From a virus, in IMG/VR virus record IMGVR_UViG_3300002461_000132, positions 1-64,000 of that record: a stretch of 64,000 nt of DNA. One strand, given 5' to 3'. The notes beneath the pieces were generated by a model, which searched no databases, was not told the DNA's origin, and was given only the letters and a program-made list of their open reading frames with translations. The position numbers and the translations under genes were made by a program. This document shows, piece by piece, positions 8,373 to 17,803 of the stretch (position 1 is the stretch's first letter; every line of letters starts with the position of its first letter).

Positions 8373-10881
8373 ATGCGTCTGACGCTGTCGAGTCACCGCT
8401 CGACGGATCGAGGAGATCGCGGCGAGCTTCGAAGTCGATGTCATCGCGCAACTGGATGGCCGGCCACGGGTACGTGCCGAACCCGGCATACTCGAACGCG
8501 TCGCGGCACTTCTCGAGAGACGGAAACTCCCACACCTGCACGCGGTTGTGTCGTCGGCCTTGTGCGTCGAAGATCTCGACGCGCGTCTGATAGCTGTTGG
8601 TGCCCGGGGCTACCTTCTTCAAGAACCGGCCGAGCGCCGTTTCCGTCGAGCGCCGCGCACCGACGCGTTGCGTGTACCTGAAGTAATCCTCGACGAGCGC
8701 GGACTTGAAGATCGGCGACGTCCAAGACAGGTGATCCGGCATGAGGATCCCATCCTCAAGTTTCTTGAACCACCACTCTTCCATCGAGTCGAGCGACAGC
8801 ATCCGTTGCTCGCGCAACGCGTCGGTGTGCGGCACGTCGCGCACGTCGAAGTCAGTCAGGTCGAGGTGCTCGAGGTAGTAGAGGAGCGACGACAGGCCGG
8901 CGCGATCGTTGTCGAACATCGCGGCGCGCACCGCGCCGAAGTACGCGCGGTCTTGCCGCTTCTTCGACGAGACGTCGAGCACGAGAAACCGACGCTCGTA
9001 GTTGCCGACGGGGATCACCCACTGCTCGTTACTCGCCATGATCAGATGGATGTAGTTCGGGGCGAGCTCGGCGTCGACGCCCTTGTTTTCGATCATGATC
9101 GTCGGCTCGGTGATCATCGACTTGAGTGTTGACGCGTGTTGACGATCGCCGGCGAAGAAAGCTTCATCGGCGAACACGACGACGGCATCACGCAACGCGC
9201 TGTTGAAGTTGCCGACGAGGTGATGCCCCGACGACACCGCAAGGAAGTGCCGGCCGAACAGCGCACCGAAGATGTTCGCGAACGTGCCTTTGCCCGTGCC
9301 GCGATCACCGCGCATCACGATCGCAACCTCGCCTTGCCTGTCGGGGTACTGCACGGTTCTCGCCATCCAACCGACGAGGTAGCGGTACGCGTTCTCGTCG
9401 TCGTTGCACAAGACTTCTTTGCAGTACGTCAAGAACGGTTCGTGCGTGGTGCCGGCGACAGGTTCGACGTCGAAGCCTTGCCACAAGTTGTAAGCCCCGT
9501 CGACGTCGCGTTGCGGTGCGAACACGATGCGATCGAATTGCTTCCGGTCTGGATGTTCGAACCACCATTTGCCGAGCGGGGTCATGATCGGCGTGTTCGT
9601 TTCCTCGTCGGTGCCGATCTGGATCTGGCGATTCGCGAACCAGTTTTTGAAGTCGGGAACGCTTTGGATCACGAGGTGCTTCCGACGCAACGTCGCGTCG
9701 TCTTGCTCTTGGATGATCCGGCACTTGCCGCCGATCGTTTCGATCACGGCGTACTTCTCGTTGAGCTCGAGAAGCTTCGGATGGATCGCGAATTCCTTCG
9801 CGCGATCGATCTGTCGCCACGCGTAGCGCTCGGCATCGGGCCGGCCGATCACCGTCGTCGAGATCCGATAGTCGGGATCGGTGATCACCGCGTACATCAC
9901 CTCGTCGGGCACCTTCGCGCGCGCGAGATCACAACACACGTTGAACAGCCATTCGGACCGGCGCGATCCGCGTGCCTCGCCCCCGACTTCCTTGGGATCG
10001 TCGGGGTCGCGACCCTGCACGATCTTCACGAGCGTGCGCTTCGGGATGCGGGGCCCCCACGGCATCGTGGCCTCGAGCTCGTCGGGCGAGTAGCGCCGGA
10101 TCGTTCCGTCGGCCTTGCGGGGCACCGCGGTGTTTCGCACGCGCGATCCGCTTCGTGTCGTCGACAACCCCGCGCCGGCGACTTGCACCGGGGCCGCCGG
10201 CGTGAACATCGACAGGTCGTACACGGCGTCGGTGAACGCCACGACGCCCGACATCGCGACGGTGCGGCCGCGCTCCTTCTTTTTCTCCGGGGGCCAGTTG
10301 ACCGTACCGGGCAACCGAAGGATGCGATCCGCGTTGTGGCAGTTGTCACCGCCGAGCACGCGCCACAACGTGATGTTGTAGCGCTCGACGATTTCGCATG
10401 ACGCCCACTTCTGATCCTTCGTCGTGCCGGTGATCAACACGGGCTCGCGCAGTTTCCAAATCGCTTGGAACCCGCCACCGGAATCGATGATCACCGACGG
10501 CGGGGGAATCGGTGCCGGCGGATTCTCGATCAGCTTGAGGATGCGCACGCGATCGCGCGCGATGTGATCGGCACGTGCGGCGAGATCCGTGACGTGCGAG
10601 TCGACTTCGCGCGGATCGATGTCGACGTGCAACCACGGGCACGATGCAACTTCGGTCTTGTCGGCCTTCTCGTCGAGCGCGCCGGTCGGCTCGTTGAGCA
10701 TGTAGTAGACGTTGCGGTTGTGGAATTGCCGCAAGAACCTGTCGACGCCGATCTCGTCGTCGGGCCCGAACGTCGCGGTGTCGATGCCCTTCTGATCGAC
10801 GGCGATCGACGTCAGCACCCACGGACCGTGAGGCTTCAAGCGGCGTAGGAATTCGATCGCGGTATCGGGATCGTGCTGCAC
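8368..10881 (-). CDS. DNA primase / SF3 (D5-P4 type) replicative helicase
   Basis: Walker A (MRGDRGTGKGTF) and Walker B (VVVFADEAFF) sit in the C-terminal half. The N-terminal half has primase-like NVYYMLNEP and WLHVDIDP. Confidence 0.75.
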   Translation of the reverse strand: MQHDPDTAIEFLRRLKPHGPWVLTSIAVDQKGIDTATFGPDDEIGVDRFLRQFHNRNVYYMLNEPTGALDEKADKTEVASCPWLHVDIDPREVDSHVTDLAARADHIARDRVRILKLIENPPAPIPPPSVIIDSGGGFQAIWKLREPVLITGTTKDQKWASCEIVERYNITLWRVLGGDNCHNADRILRLPGTVNWPPEKKKERGRTVAMSGVVAFTDAVYDLSMFTPAAPVQVAGAGLSTTRSGSRVRNTAVPRKADGTIRRYSPDELEATMPWGPRIPKRTLVKIVQGRDPDDPKEVGGEARGSRRSEWLFNVCCDLARAKVPDEVMYAVITDPDYRISTTVIGRPDAERYAWRQIDRAKEFAIHPKLLELNEKYAVIETIGGKCRIIQEQDDATLRRKHLVIQSVPDFKNWFANRQIQIGTDEETNTPIMTPLGKWWFEHPDRKQFDRIVFAPQRDVDGAYNLWQGFDVEPVAGTTHEPFLTYCKEVLCNDDENAYRYLVGWMARTVQYPDRQGEVAIVMRGDRGTGKGTFANIFGALFGRHFLAVSSGHHLVGNFNSALRDAVVVFADEAFFAGDRQHASTLKSMITEPTIMIENKGVDAELAPNYIHLIMASNEQWVIPVGNYERRFLVLDVSSKKRQDRAYFGAVRAAMFDNDRAGLSSLLYYLEHLDLTDFDVRDVPHTDALREQRMLSLDSMEEWWFKKLEDGILMPDHLSWTSPIFKSALVEDYFRYTQRVGARRSTETALGRFLKKVAPGTNSYQTRVEIFDAQGRRHNRVQVWEFPSLEKCRDAFEYAGFGTYPWPAIQLRDDIDFEARRDLLDPSSGDSTASDAF

Positions 10882-10896
10882 GGGACAGGGGCCGCC

Positions 10897-11310
10897 TTAC
10901 GTCAGAGGACGATTGTCAACAGAGGTCAACGGTTGTACGACGCGCACGAGCTCGGGGTCAACGAGGCGCGGTGACCAGATCTTCGAAGCTACTACCTCGA
11001 GCACACTACGCGGTTCGTTACCGACGAAGATCGCGGCCGTCTCACCGGGAAACAGCATCCATTGCTGATCGACGAGGAGGAGCAACCACGCGCGTTGATC
11101 CGATCGCCACCGACGCGTCAACCACACGCGTTGCTCGGGCGAGAAGTGGGGCAAGCGTAGCGGTGTGCTGTCGCGCATCGGCCACGCGGCCGCGTACTTG
11201 AGCTCGATCCAACCGCCGGTGCAGTTGACGTCGGGGGTGCCCGGGTGCACCGGATTCTCGACGGAGATCGGATCAAGCGGACGCAGCGCGCGGATGACGC
11301 GCTGACGCAT
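10897..11310 (-). CDS. PD-(D/E)xK nuclease (VRR-NUC-like)
   Basis: HPGTPDVNCTGGWIELKY gives the G-x-PD...E-x-K core. ATG at 11310. Confidence 0.5.
   Translation of the reverse strand: MRQRVIRALRPLDPISVENPVHPGTPDVNCTGGWIELKYAAAWPMRDSTPLRLPHFSPEQRVWLTRRWRSDQRAWLLLLVDQQWMLFPGETAAIFVGNEPRSVLEVVASKIWSPRLVDPELVRVVQPLTSVDNRPLT
10913..10932 (-). promoter_or_regulatory. TGTTGAC-type doublet box upstream of the primase-helicase gene (no convincing -10)
   Basis: Minus strand CCGTTGACCTCTGTTGACAAT with a 10-bp period. The spacing to any TAnnnT hexamer is non-canonical. Confidence 0.3.
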
Positions 11311-11324
11311 GCGCGACTCGGCCT

Positions 11325-11558
11325 TCACCGACGACGCCCGGGCTTGCCGACGAATCGACCGATCGCCTTGTAGAGCTTGCGTGCCTCGCCGCGCGAGATC
11401 CACGCGATGCCACGCATGCCGCTCGGTTGCGCGATGCGCAGCATCATCCGATCGTCGCGCCACTTCGTCTTGTGAGGTTCGACGCGCACGACGCCGGCCA
11501 TGTCGACGACGGTGCCGTGATCGACGGTGATCTTCTTCTTCGTGGTTCGCTTCTTCAC
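11325..11558 (-). CDS. Hypothetical basic protein (77 aa)
   Basis: The GTG at 11558 forms a GTGA overlap with the upstream stop. Sequence VKKRTTKKKITVDHGTVVDMAGVVRVEPHK... Confidence 0.45.
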   Translation of the reverse strand: MKKRTTKKKITVDHGTVVDMAGVVRVEPHKTKWRDDRMMLRIAQPSGMRGIAWISRGEARKLYKAIGRFVGKPGRRR

Positions 11559-11788
11559 GCCGCTTGCTCCTCGAGCGCCGCTTCGCAGTATCCGTGCGCG
11601 CTCTCGTACAGGTTGATCTTCAACGCTCGCCAGTAGCCTAGTACCCCGCGCCGGCGCTTCTGACGCCAACCGCCGGTGACGGGATGCGGATCGTTGTGCA
11701 TGAGCTTGATCACCGACTTGAACGTTTCGCCCGTGCGAAATTCTTCGTAGGTGCCGCCGCACACGCAGTCGCGCGGGGTCCTAGCCAC
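11555..11788 (-). CDS. Hypothetical protein (77 aa)
   Basis: MARTPRDCVCGGTYEEFRTGETFKSVIKLMHNDPHPVTGGW... Balanced composition and high GC3. Confidence 0.55.
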   Translation of the reverse strand: MARTPRDCVCGGTYEEFRTGETFKSVIKLMHNDPHPVTGGWRQKRRRGVLGYWRALKINLYESAHGYCEAALEEQAA

Positions 11789-12221
11789 CGACGACCGTCA
11801 GCCCCGTGACCGGGATGAAGGCTTGCGTGATCAACGCGCGGAGGTTCGCGCTCGGATCCGTGGCGAGCTCGCGACGCTCGAGATCGAGTTGCCCGAGCTC
11901 GAGGAGATCGATCGTCGGCAAGTGCAGGTCGCGCGCGAGATCCTTTTCGATCTTCATCCCAGGCGACAGCACACCGCCGACGAGCACGATCCCATCGCAT
12001 CGGCGCAGCATCGCAATGTCGTCGCGGATGCCGCGCTCGCGATGCTTGCCCTCGTCGAGCACCTCGACGTAGGGCAACCACGGCAACGCGAACGCGACGG
12101 ACGGCACGCACTCGACGAGCATCGTCAACCACAGCTTTGCGATCGCGATGTTGTTGGTGCGCGTCGGCTCTTTGCTTCCGACGGGATGCGCGATGTAGAT
12201 GATCGGGGTGTTCTTGCTCAT
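11781..12221 (-). CDS. Nucleoside 2-deoxyribosyltransferase-like protein (DUF4406/DUF1937 type)
   Basis: N-terminal PIIYIAHPVGS and later CDGIVLVGG resemble the Rossmann-like deoxyribosyltransferase fold families. ATGA overlap with the polymerase stop. Confidence 0.4.
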   Translation of the reverse strand: MSKNTPIIYIAHPVGSKEPTRTNNIAIAKLWLTMLVECVPSVAFALPWLPYVEVLDEGKHRERGIRDDIAMLRRCDGIVLVGGVLSPGMKIEKDLARDLHLPTIDLLELGQLDLERRELATDPSANLRALITQAFIPVTGLTVVGG

Positions 12222-14146
12222 GCTGCTTTCTCCTCGTACTTCTCGAGCTCGCCGTAGTTGGGTCCGTACTCGATGTCGACGCGCGACGGCACGCGCAGCG
12301 GCAACGCATCCTTCATGATCTGCACGGCTTCCTTCGCGCGTTGCATCGACGCCATGCTGAAATCGAATTCGTCGTGCACGGTCAGTCGCGGATCGTAACC
12401 CTCGCGATCGAGCGCGACCAACGCCATCTTCGTCTGAATCGCCGCGCTCCCTTGGATCAGCCGGTTCAGCGCCTTGTAGGTCCAATCGAAGTTGCCGAAC
12501 GCGTCGCGGGGGAAGCGCACGCGACGGCCGTCGATCAGGAACAGGTAGCCGCGTTGCTTCGCGGTGTCGCTACACTCACGTGCTAGCGCACGCACGAACG
12601 GCACTTTCTGATCGAGCGTGTCGAGGAGCGCTTGCGCCTCGGGCCCCGCGGCGAGGTACGGCTCGCCGTTGCGGTTGTGCTTGATCTCCGTCGGCAACTT
12701 CATTTTCGTTGCGAAGGTGCCGCTCGCCATCCCGTAGCAGATCGCGAGAAACGTTTCCTTCGCATCGCCACGCTTCAAGCCCGAGAGCTTCGCGAACATC
12801 GTGTGCGAATCCATGTTCGGATCGGTGCGGTAGAGATCGCCGAATTCCTTCGCGCCGCGCAGCCCGCGCACCTCGGCGTAGTGCACCGTCGTGCGGGGCT
12901 CTTGTTGCGAGTAGTCCCCCTTGATCCACATCTCGCCTTCCTCGGGGATGTAGATCTTTCGCCACTCCTTCCCGGTCTCGGGATCGCGGTTCGGCTGCGC
13001 TTGCACGTTCGGATGACGCGCGGCCGATCGCCCGTAGCGCGCTCCCTCGTCGTCGTCCTCGTCGTCGTCGGCGGCCGTGCGCATCTGCTTGAACGATGGA
13101 TGCAAGCGATCGCCGATCAGGTGATCGCGCACGCCGGCGACGTACGTCGTTTCGATCTTGTCGAATTTTCGCCAGCGCGTGATCGCGTCGACGACAGCGT
13201 TGCCCGAGAATTGGCCGAGTAGCTCTTTCGTGATCGACAGGTTACCGGGCTTGTTGGCGGCCGCTTGCTTCACCGTCGGCGGGTTGCGCGGGACGTGGAT
13301 GCCCTGCGTCTTGAGCGCCGCGGCGAGGGCATCCTTCATCATCGGCGACGGCACGTCGACGCCGGTCAGATGCTTGATCTTCGCGCGCATCTCGGCCGTG
13401 ACCGAGAGACACCACCGCGACATTCGCTCGAGGTGCTCGAGGTCGATGCGAACCCCTCGACGCGTCATGCGAAGCAGCGCGAGTTGCACGTATGACTCGT
13501 TGTCGTACGCGCGCTCGAGCTTCTGCTCGATGATCTTCTTCTCTTGAACGCGAAGCACCTTCGGCAGATCGCGCACGTCGCCTTCGGCATAGCGGCCGGC
13601 CGCGCCGGCGTGGAGCTTCCACAACTCTTTCTTCGGATGGAACCCCCACTCGATCGCGTGCGCCTCGAGCTCCTTCTCGTACTTGCCCTCGAACCCGTGT
13701 CGCTTCAACGTCGCGTCTAGGCTGTAGTCCATTTGCAATTCGTCGAGGAGACACTCGGCGTTCTGGACGTCGCGGTGCCACTTCGCGCGCTTGAATTCGA
13801 TCCCATCGTTCCACAGGTAGTCATGATCGTACTGACCACCGGACGTGATGATCGTGCCTTCGAAGTCGCGACACTGATCGCGGAAGTACGACACGACGTG
13901 CGCGCGATCGAGGTTGCCGCCTCCGGCGTGCGCGAACGGCAAGTAGTGTGCGGGGCCGTCCTCGATCGCGAACGCGATGCCGACCATGTGGCCGCCTCGA
14001 CGGCAACCGTTGCCGAGCTTCGACAGCGTGTCGTCACGGCACTCGATATCCACCGCCACGCGTTGCGCGTCTCGCCACGATGGCAAGCTGTTGACCGCGG
14101 GCGCTTGCCACGTGATCTTGGGGGCGAACATCGGAAGCTGTTGCAT
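12218..14146 (-). CDS. Family A DNA polymerase with 3'-5' exonuclease domain
   Basis: Exo I (VAVDIECRD), motif A (KGDYSQQEPR), motif B (RGDAKETFLAICYGM), motif C (LTVHDEFDF). Start taken at ATG 14146; GTG 14188 is also possible. Confidence 0.85.
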   Translation of the reverse strand: MQQLPMFAPKITWQAPAVNSLPSWRDAQRVAVDIECRDDTLSKLGNGCRRGGHMVGIAFAIEDGPAHYLPFAHAGGGNLDRAHVVSYFRDQCRDFEGTIITSGGQYDHDYLWNDGIEFKRAKWHRDVQNAECLLDELQMDYSLDATLKRHGFEGKYEKELEAHAIEWGFHPKKELWKLHAGAAGRYAEGDVRDLPKVLRVQEKKIIEQKLERAYDNESYVQLALLRMTRRGVRIDLEHLERMSRWCLSVTAEMRAKIKHLTGVDVPSPMMKDALAAALKTQGIHVPRNPPTVKQAAANKPGNLSITKELLGQFSGNAVVDAITRWRKFDKIETTYVAGVRDHLIGDRLHPSFKQMRTAADDDEDDDEGARYGRSAARHPNVQAQPNRDPETGKEWRKIYIPEEGEMWIKGDYSQQEPRTTVHYAEVRGLRGAKEFGDLYRTDPNMDSHTMFAKLSGLKRGDAKETFLAICYGMASGTFATKMKLPTEIKHNRNGEPYLAAGPEAQALLDTLDQKVPFVRALARECSDTAKQRGYLFLIDGRRVRFPRDAFGNFDWTYKALNRLIQGSAAIQTKMALVALDREGYDPRLTVHDEFDFSMASMQRAKEAVQIMKDALPLRVPSRVDIEYGPNYGELEKYEEKAA

Positions 14147-14153
14147 CTTGTTG

Positions 14154-14354
14154 CTACGTGGCTTTGGGAGCGGTGATCGTGATGGCACCGCCTCGGATGC
14201 CGTTCGTCGCTTTCTTGTTGGTGGCGACGTAGTCGATCGCCGCGGCGATGTGCTGCACGCCGTGGTCGGAAAGGTTCTCGAGCTTGAGCTCGATCACGTG
14301 TCCGTCTTGCCCGCGCAGCTTGATCACGCACTTCGACTTCGGGCCCCCGGTCAC
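14154..14354 (-). CDS. Small hypothetical protein (66 aa)
   Basis: The GTG at 14354 forms a GTGA overlap with the upstream stop. Sequence VTGGPKSKCVIKLRGQDGHVIELKLENLSDHG... Confidence 0.45.
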   Translation of the reverse strand: MTGGPKSKCVIKLRGQDGHVIELKLENLSDHGVQHIAAAIDYVATNKKATNGIRGGAITITAPKAT

Positions 14355-14704
14355 GGCATCACCTCCCAATCGCTCGCGAGATGATCGTCGAGGGTCAGCG
14401 TCATGATCTGCCCGTTCGCGAGGCAGACGAAGATCGATTTGCCCTCCTCGGCGTGGACCTTCTGACCGTTCGGCAACGTCGTCGACGGGAACAGCACGCG
14501 CGGATAGATCCACCAATGCCGCGCGAGGATCGCGAGACCTTCATCCTTTGCGGCGAGCGGCCCCATCGCGATCCACGTGCGCCGGCGGATCGGTCGACCC
14601 GAGCGCAACGCCGTCAGGAAATCGACGGCCACCGTCGGGGGAGGAACCGCCGTCGGATCTTCGGGGGCAGGTAGGCGGGGCACTTCGACGTCGACGGTCA
14701 TCAT
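14351..14704 (-). CDS. Hypothetical protein, DUF2829-like
   Basis: The DFLTALRSGRPIRRRTW...WWIY pattern recalls DUF2829. ATGA overlap at 14701-14704. Confidence 0.45.
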   Translation of the reverse strand: MMTVDVEVPRLPAPEDPTAVPPPTVAVDFLTALRSGRPIRRRTWIAMGPLAAKDEGLAILARHWWIYPRVLFPSTTLPNGQKVHAEEGKSIFVCLANGQIMTLTLDDHLASDWEVMP

Positions 14705-15285
14705 GATTTCATGTTCCAGGGGATCGGGTTTTGAGTCGAGGGTATCGCAGCTTTGCCCCGCGCGAGCGGATGCTTCGGGTAGCCACCTTGCGTCAACCCG
14801 AGGTGCGACGGGCGCACGCCGGCGTTGTGCAACGCGTCGCGAATCACGAGGCCGCGATCGTCGAGCTCGCCGTGCGTGCCCCATGCGGTGATGGTGATCG
14901 TCGCCTTCTCGGCCTCCTCGATGATCGTGGCGGTGTTGAATGCATCGGCGCCGCGCGCCTCGGGCTTCGCGTTGTACAGATCGATCGGGTACGGCGATCG
15001 CATCGCGAACAGGTTCACCACCTTCAAGATGATCCGAGCGTTGCCGTTGAGGTCGCGACCCCAGCGCCGCGCGTAGTTCACGCACCGCGACACCGTCGGA
15101 TCGTTCTTGAACGCGTCGGCCGTCGACGGATTCAACATGATGAACAGCACGACGATCTCGAGCGCGACGAGATCCTCCGAGCTCGGGATGCCCGGCTCGA
15201 CGAGTCGCGTCAGTAGGTAGCGATAGCGCTCGTCGTCGGAGAACAGCGCTTCATCGCCGTTGAGATCCGCGCGCTGCGTGATCAT
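14701..15285 (-). CDS. DUF1643-family protein
   Basis: YRYLLTR...FIMLNPSTADAFKNDPTVSRC...VVNLFAMRS matches the DUF1643 signature as remembered. Confidence 0.55.
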   Translation of the reverse strand: MITQRADLNGDEALFSDDERYRYLLTRLVEPGIPSSEDLVALEIVVLFIMLNPSTADAFKNDPTVSRCVNYARRWGRDLNGNARIILKVVNLFAMRSPYPIDLYNAKPEARGADAFNTATIIEEAEKATITITAWGTHGELDDRGLVIRDALHNAGVRPSHLGLTQGGYPKHPLARGKAAIPSTQNPIPWNMKS

Positions 15286-16517
15286 CGCGCCACCGTCAGG
15301 TCACTCGATGCACGCGTGACGGCCGTGTAGAGATGTTGCCAGCCCTCGACGCCGAACGTGTCCGACTCGTCGAACACGTAGACGCTCGGCCACTCCGACC
15401 CCTGCGACTTGTGCACGGTGATCGCGTATCCGAACGCGAATTCATGGTTGGCGCGACGCATGTGCGGGGCGAGCTTGTCTTCGGTGCCGCGGAAGTGGTG
15501 CAGCCACGCGGTGACCTGCGCGCGCGTGCCGTCCTCGTCCTCGACTTCGATCATCGTTACACCCTGTTGCTCGACGGAGAGGGCGCGCTTGCACGTGAAC
15601 ATCTGACCGTTGAGAAACCCGAGCTCGTGCTCGTTGCGCAAGCACATCAGGCGATCGCCTTCCTTCGGCTCGTCGACGACACCAAAGCCCCGTTCAGATC
15701 GCACCTTGCGATTCGTCGCGTGACGCGTCAGGTTGCGGCCGCACAAGATCTGATCCGCGGCGAGCGCGAAGTCGACGCGCGCCGGATCTTTCTTGCTGAT
15801 CACGCGGCACCCTTCGCCGAGCTCGCCGAACGCGATCGGCTGACGCCGGCGGATCATCGTCGCCAGTCGGAGGATCGGGCTATCGGCCGCCTGTCGGTGG
15901 ATCTCCTCGAGCAACACGTTAGGCTTGCGCCGCGTGAAGAATCCACCGCCCATCACCGGGGGCAACTGCGCGGGATCGCCGAGCACGAGCACGGGCTTTC
16001 CGAACGCAAGCAAGTCGCGCCCTACGCGCTCGTCGACCATCGAGACTTCGTCGACGACGATCAGCGACGCATACTTCGCGTCACCGTCGAGGTTCAACCG
16101 GAAGCGCGGACCCTTGCGGCCGCTTTCCTCCTCGGTGCGCTTGAGCTCGTCGGCGAGCAGCGCCGCGCGTGCTGCGTCGAACGGCTTCGTGGTGCGCACC
16201 TTCTCGAGCTCCTTCCGAAGCTTCTCGGGCGACGGAGGATCGCCGGCCGACTGATAGATCAGCTTGTGGATCGTCGTCGCACCGACGCACCCTTTTTGCG
16301 CGAGCACGTGCGCGGCCTTGCCGGTGAACGCGCAAAACGCCACCTTGCCGTCGATGCCCTCGGCAAACTCTCGCGCGATCGTCGTCTTGCCGGTGCCGGC
16401 GTAGCCGAACACGCAGAAGACTTGATCCGGATCGTCGAGGAGCGATCGGCCTTGAACGGATGCGTACCACGCAGCGACGCGCGCGATCGCGTTGTCTTGA
16501 TCGGTGGACAGTTTCAT
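15282..16517 (-). CDS. SF1 DNA helicase (RecD/Dda-like)
   Basis: Walker A (FGYAGTGKTT), Walker B (LIVVDEVSMVD) and C-terminal YAITVHKSQGSEW. Confidence 0.8.
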   Translation of the reverse strand: MKLSTDQDNAIARVAAWYASVQGRSLLDDPDQVFCVFGYAGTGKTTIAREFAEGIDGKVAFCAFTGKAAHVLAQKGCVGATTIHKLIYQSAGDPPSPEKLRKELEKVRTTKPFDAARAALLADELKRTEEESGRKGPRFRLNLDGDAKYASLIVVDEVSMVDERVGRDLLAFGKPVLVLGDPAQLPPVMGGGFFTRRKPNVLLEEIHRQAADSPILRLATMIRRRQPIAFGELGEGCRVISKKDPARVDFALAADQILCGRNLTRHATNRKVRSERGFGVVDEPKEGDRLMCLRNEHELGFLNGQMFTCKRALSVEQQGVTMIEVEDEDGTRAQVTAWLHHFRGTEDKLAPHMRRANHEFAFGYAITVHKSQGSEWPSVYVFDESDTFGVEGWQHLYTAVTRASSDLTVAR

Positions 16518-16521
16518 AGCG

Positions 16522-16589
16522 CGTGCCCGAATGGAGTCGAACCATTCCGCCGGCTGTCCCTTCCGACGCCGTCACCCGACGGCGTGCAC
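16522..16589 (-). other. tRNA-like remnant (T-arm plus acceptor-like 3' strand), not a canonical tRNA
   Basis: Minus strand AATGG-TTCGACT-CCATT is a perfect T-arm with a TTCGAnY loop, followed by CGGGCAC-G. The possible 5' acceptor GTGCACG pairs at 6 of 7 positions. The D-loop (5 nt) and anticodon loop (AGGGACA) are non-canonical. Confidence 0.2.
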
Positions 16590-16636
16590 AGATCGATCGC
16601 GTCGCACCTCGAGGCGCGACGCGGGATCAGAAGCAT

Positions 16637-16670
16637 GCGCGGCCGCGCAGTGGGACAGAAGCGGCCGCGA
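16637..16670 (-). terminator. Possible GC-rich hairpin downstream of the 16678..17718 gene
   Basis: Two GCGGCCGC blocks (16639-16646 and 16661-16668) can pair across a 14-nt loop. The T-tract is weak, so this is low confidence. Confidence 0.25.
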
Positions 16671-16677
16671 GCTCGGG

Positions 16678-17718
16678 CTAGAACGCCGCGTCGCCTTGCG
16701 CCGGTGCGCCACCCTGACCGGGGGTCTCTTGCTCCGACTCGGTCGAGCGGTAGTTGCCCTCGACGGCGCCGCTCTCGTGCGCCTCGCACAACATCTTCGC
16801 GGCGATGTAGCGCGGATCGTTCTTGCTGATCAGCGAGCGATCCATGCCGCTCTTGTCGCCATCGGCGGCGAACAGCGGATCGATCGTGAAGATGTACCAC
16901 GACTGCGTGCCGCGCTCCTCGAGCTTGGTGCCGAGGCGGATGCGGTGCGAGAACATCGGCACGGTCGTCTTCTTCACCTTGCCGCTCGGCTTGCCGTCGG
17001 GCCCCGGGATCGGGACCTTCGCCATGTAGTAGCCGACGTTGGTCGACCACGCGCGGTAGCTTTTGATCTTCGTCGACGCGAACGGGATCATGATCGGTCC
17101 GACGATGTTCTGACCACCCTCGTGCACCGGCTCGAGCTTCTTCGTCGCCGGGTTGATCGTCCAACCCTGGAACACGATCCCGGCGATCTCGAACGTCTCG
17201 ACGAGCTCGGTGTCAGGCAACGGCTTGTTGTCCTTGTCGAGCATTGGAAACCCCTTCGCATCGACGTGACGAACGGGCAACTTGCCGACGACGCGGCCGC
17301 CGTTGTTCGCCTTCGCTTGCGCGACTACGGGCGCGTTCAACTTGTGACGGCCGCGGAACCCACCGCCGGTGCCGTCGGGGTTGCGCGGGATCCACTCGGT
17401 GAATCCGTGATCGGTGATCGCCGGCACCACGTCGACGAAGTCGTAGACCTGTCCCGTGACGCTGTTGACGATCTGACCGGCTTGCGCTTCCTTCTTCTTC
17501 ACGAGCGGCGAGTTGAACTGAAGCACGACGAGCATCGGGATCTTGCGATCGTCGGCCGTCTGATTCTCGAACCCGCGGCCCTCGTCATCCGCGTACTCGT
17601 CGGCCGCGAGATCCATCGGGGCGTCCTCGCCGAGCACGAGCGCCGTTTCGTTCGCGGCCTTGACAAGCTCCTCGGAGAGCTTCGGATCCGACTTCGACTT
17701 GCTATCTGCTTTTGCCAT
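16678..17718 (-). CDS. Putative ssDNA-binding / recombination-associated protein
   Basis: 346 aa between two helicase genes. The acidic C-terminal tail ends in Phe (ESEQETPGQGGAPAQGDAAF), as in T7 gp2.5-type SSBs. The call rests on position and the tail only. Confidence 0.4.
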   Translation of the reverse strand: MAKADSKSKSDPKLSEELVKAANETALVLGEDAPMDLAADEYADDEGRGFENQTADDRKIPMLVVLQFNSPLVKKKEAQAGQIVNSVTGQVYDFVDVVPAITDHGFTEWIPRNPDGTGGGFRGRHKLNAPVVAQAKANNGGRVVGKLPVRHVDAKGFPMLDKDNKPLPDTELVETFEIAGIVFQGWTINPATKKLEPVHEGGQNIVGPIMIPFASTKIKSYRAWSTNVGYYMAKVPIPGPDGKPSGKVKKTTVPMFSHRIRLGTKLEERGTQSWYIFTIDPLFAADGDKSGMDRSLISKNDPRYIAAKMLCEAHESGAVEGNYRSTESEQETPGQGGAPAQGDAAF

Positions 17719-17803
17719 CTGTCTTCTGCTTTCGTTGTTCGTTGGTTACGGCGTGCAACGGGTTGTCCGCTGACGCGAGAGACACTCTACGCGATCGCTG
17801 TGA

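Noticed and set aside
16522-16589. A functional tRNA gene
   Set aside because: Only the T-arm and 3' acceptor strand are canonical. The D-loop has 5 nt, position 33 is not U, the anticodon stem has a mismatch, and the total length is about 67 nt. It is reported only as a tRNA-like remnant.
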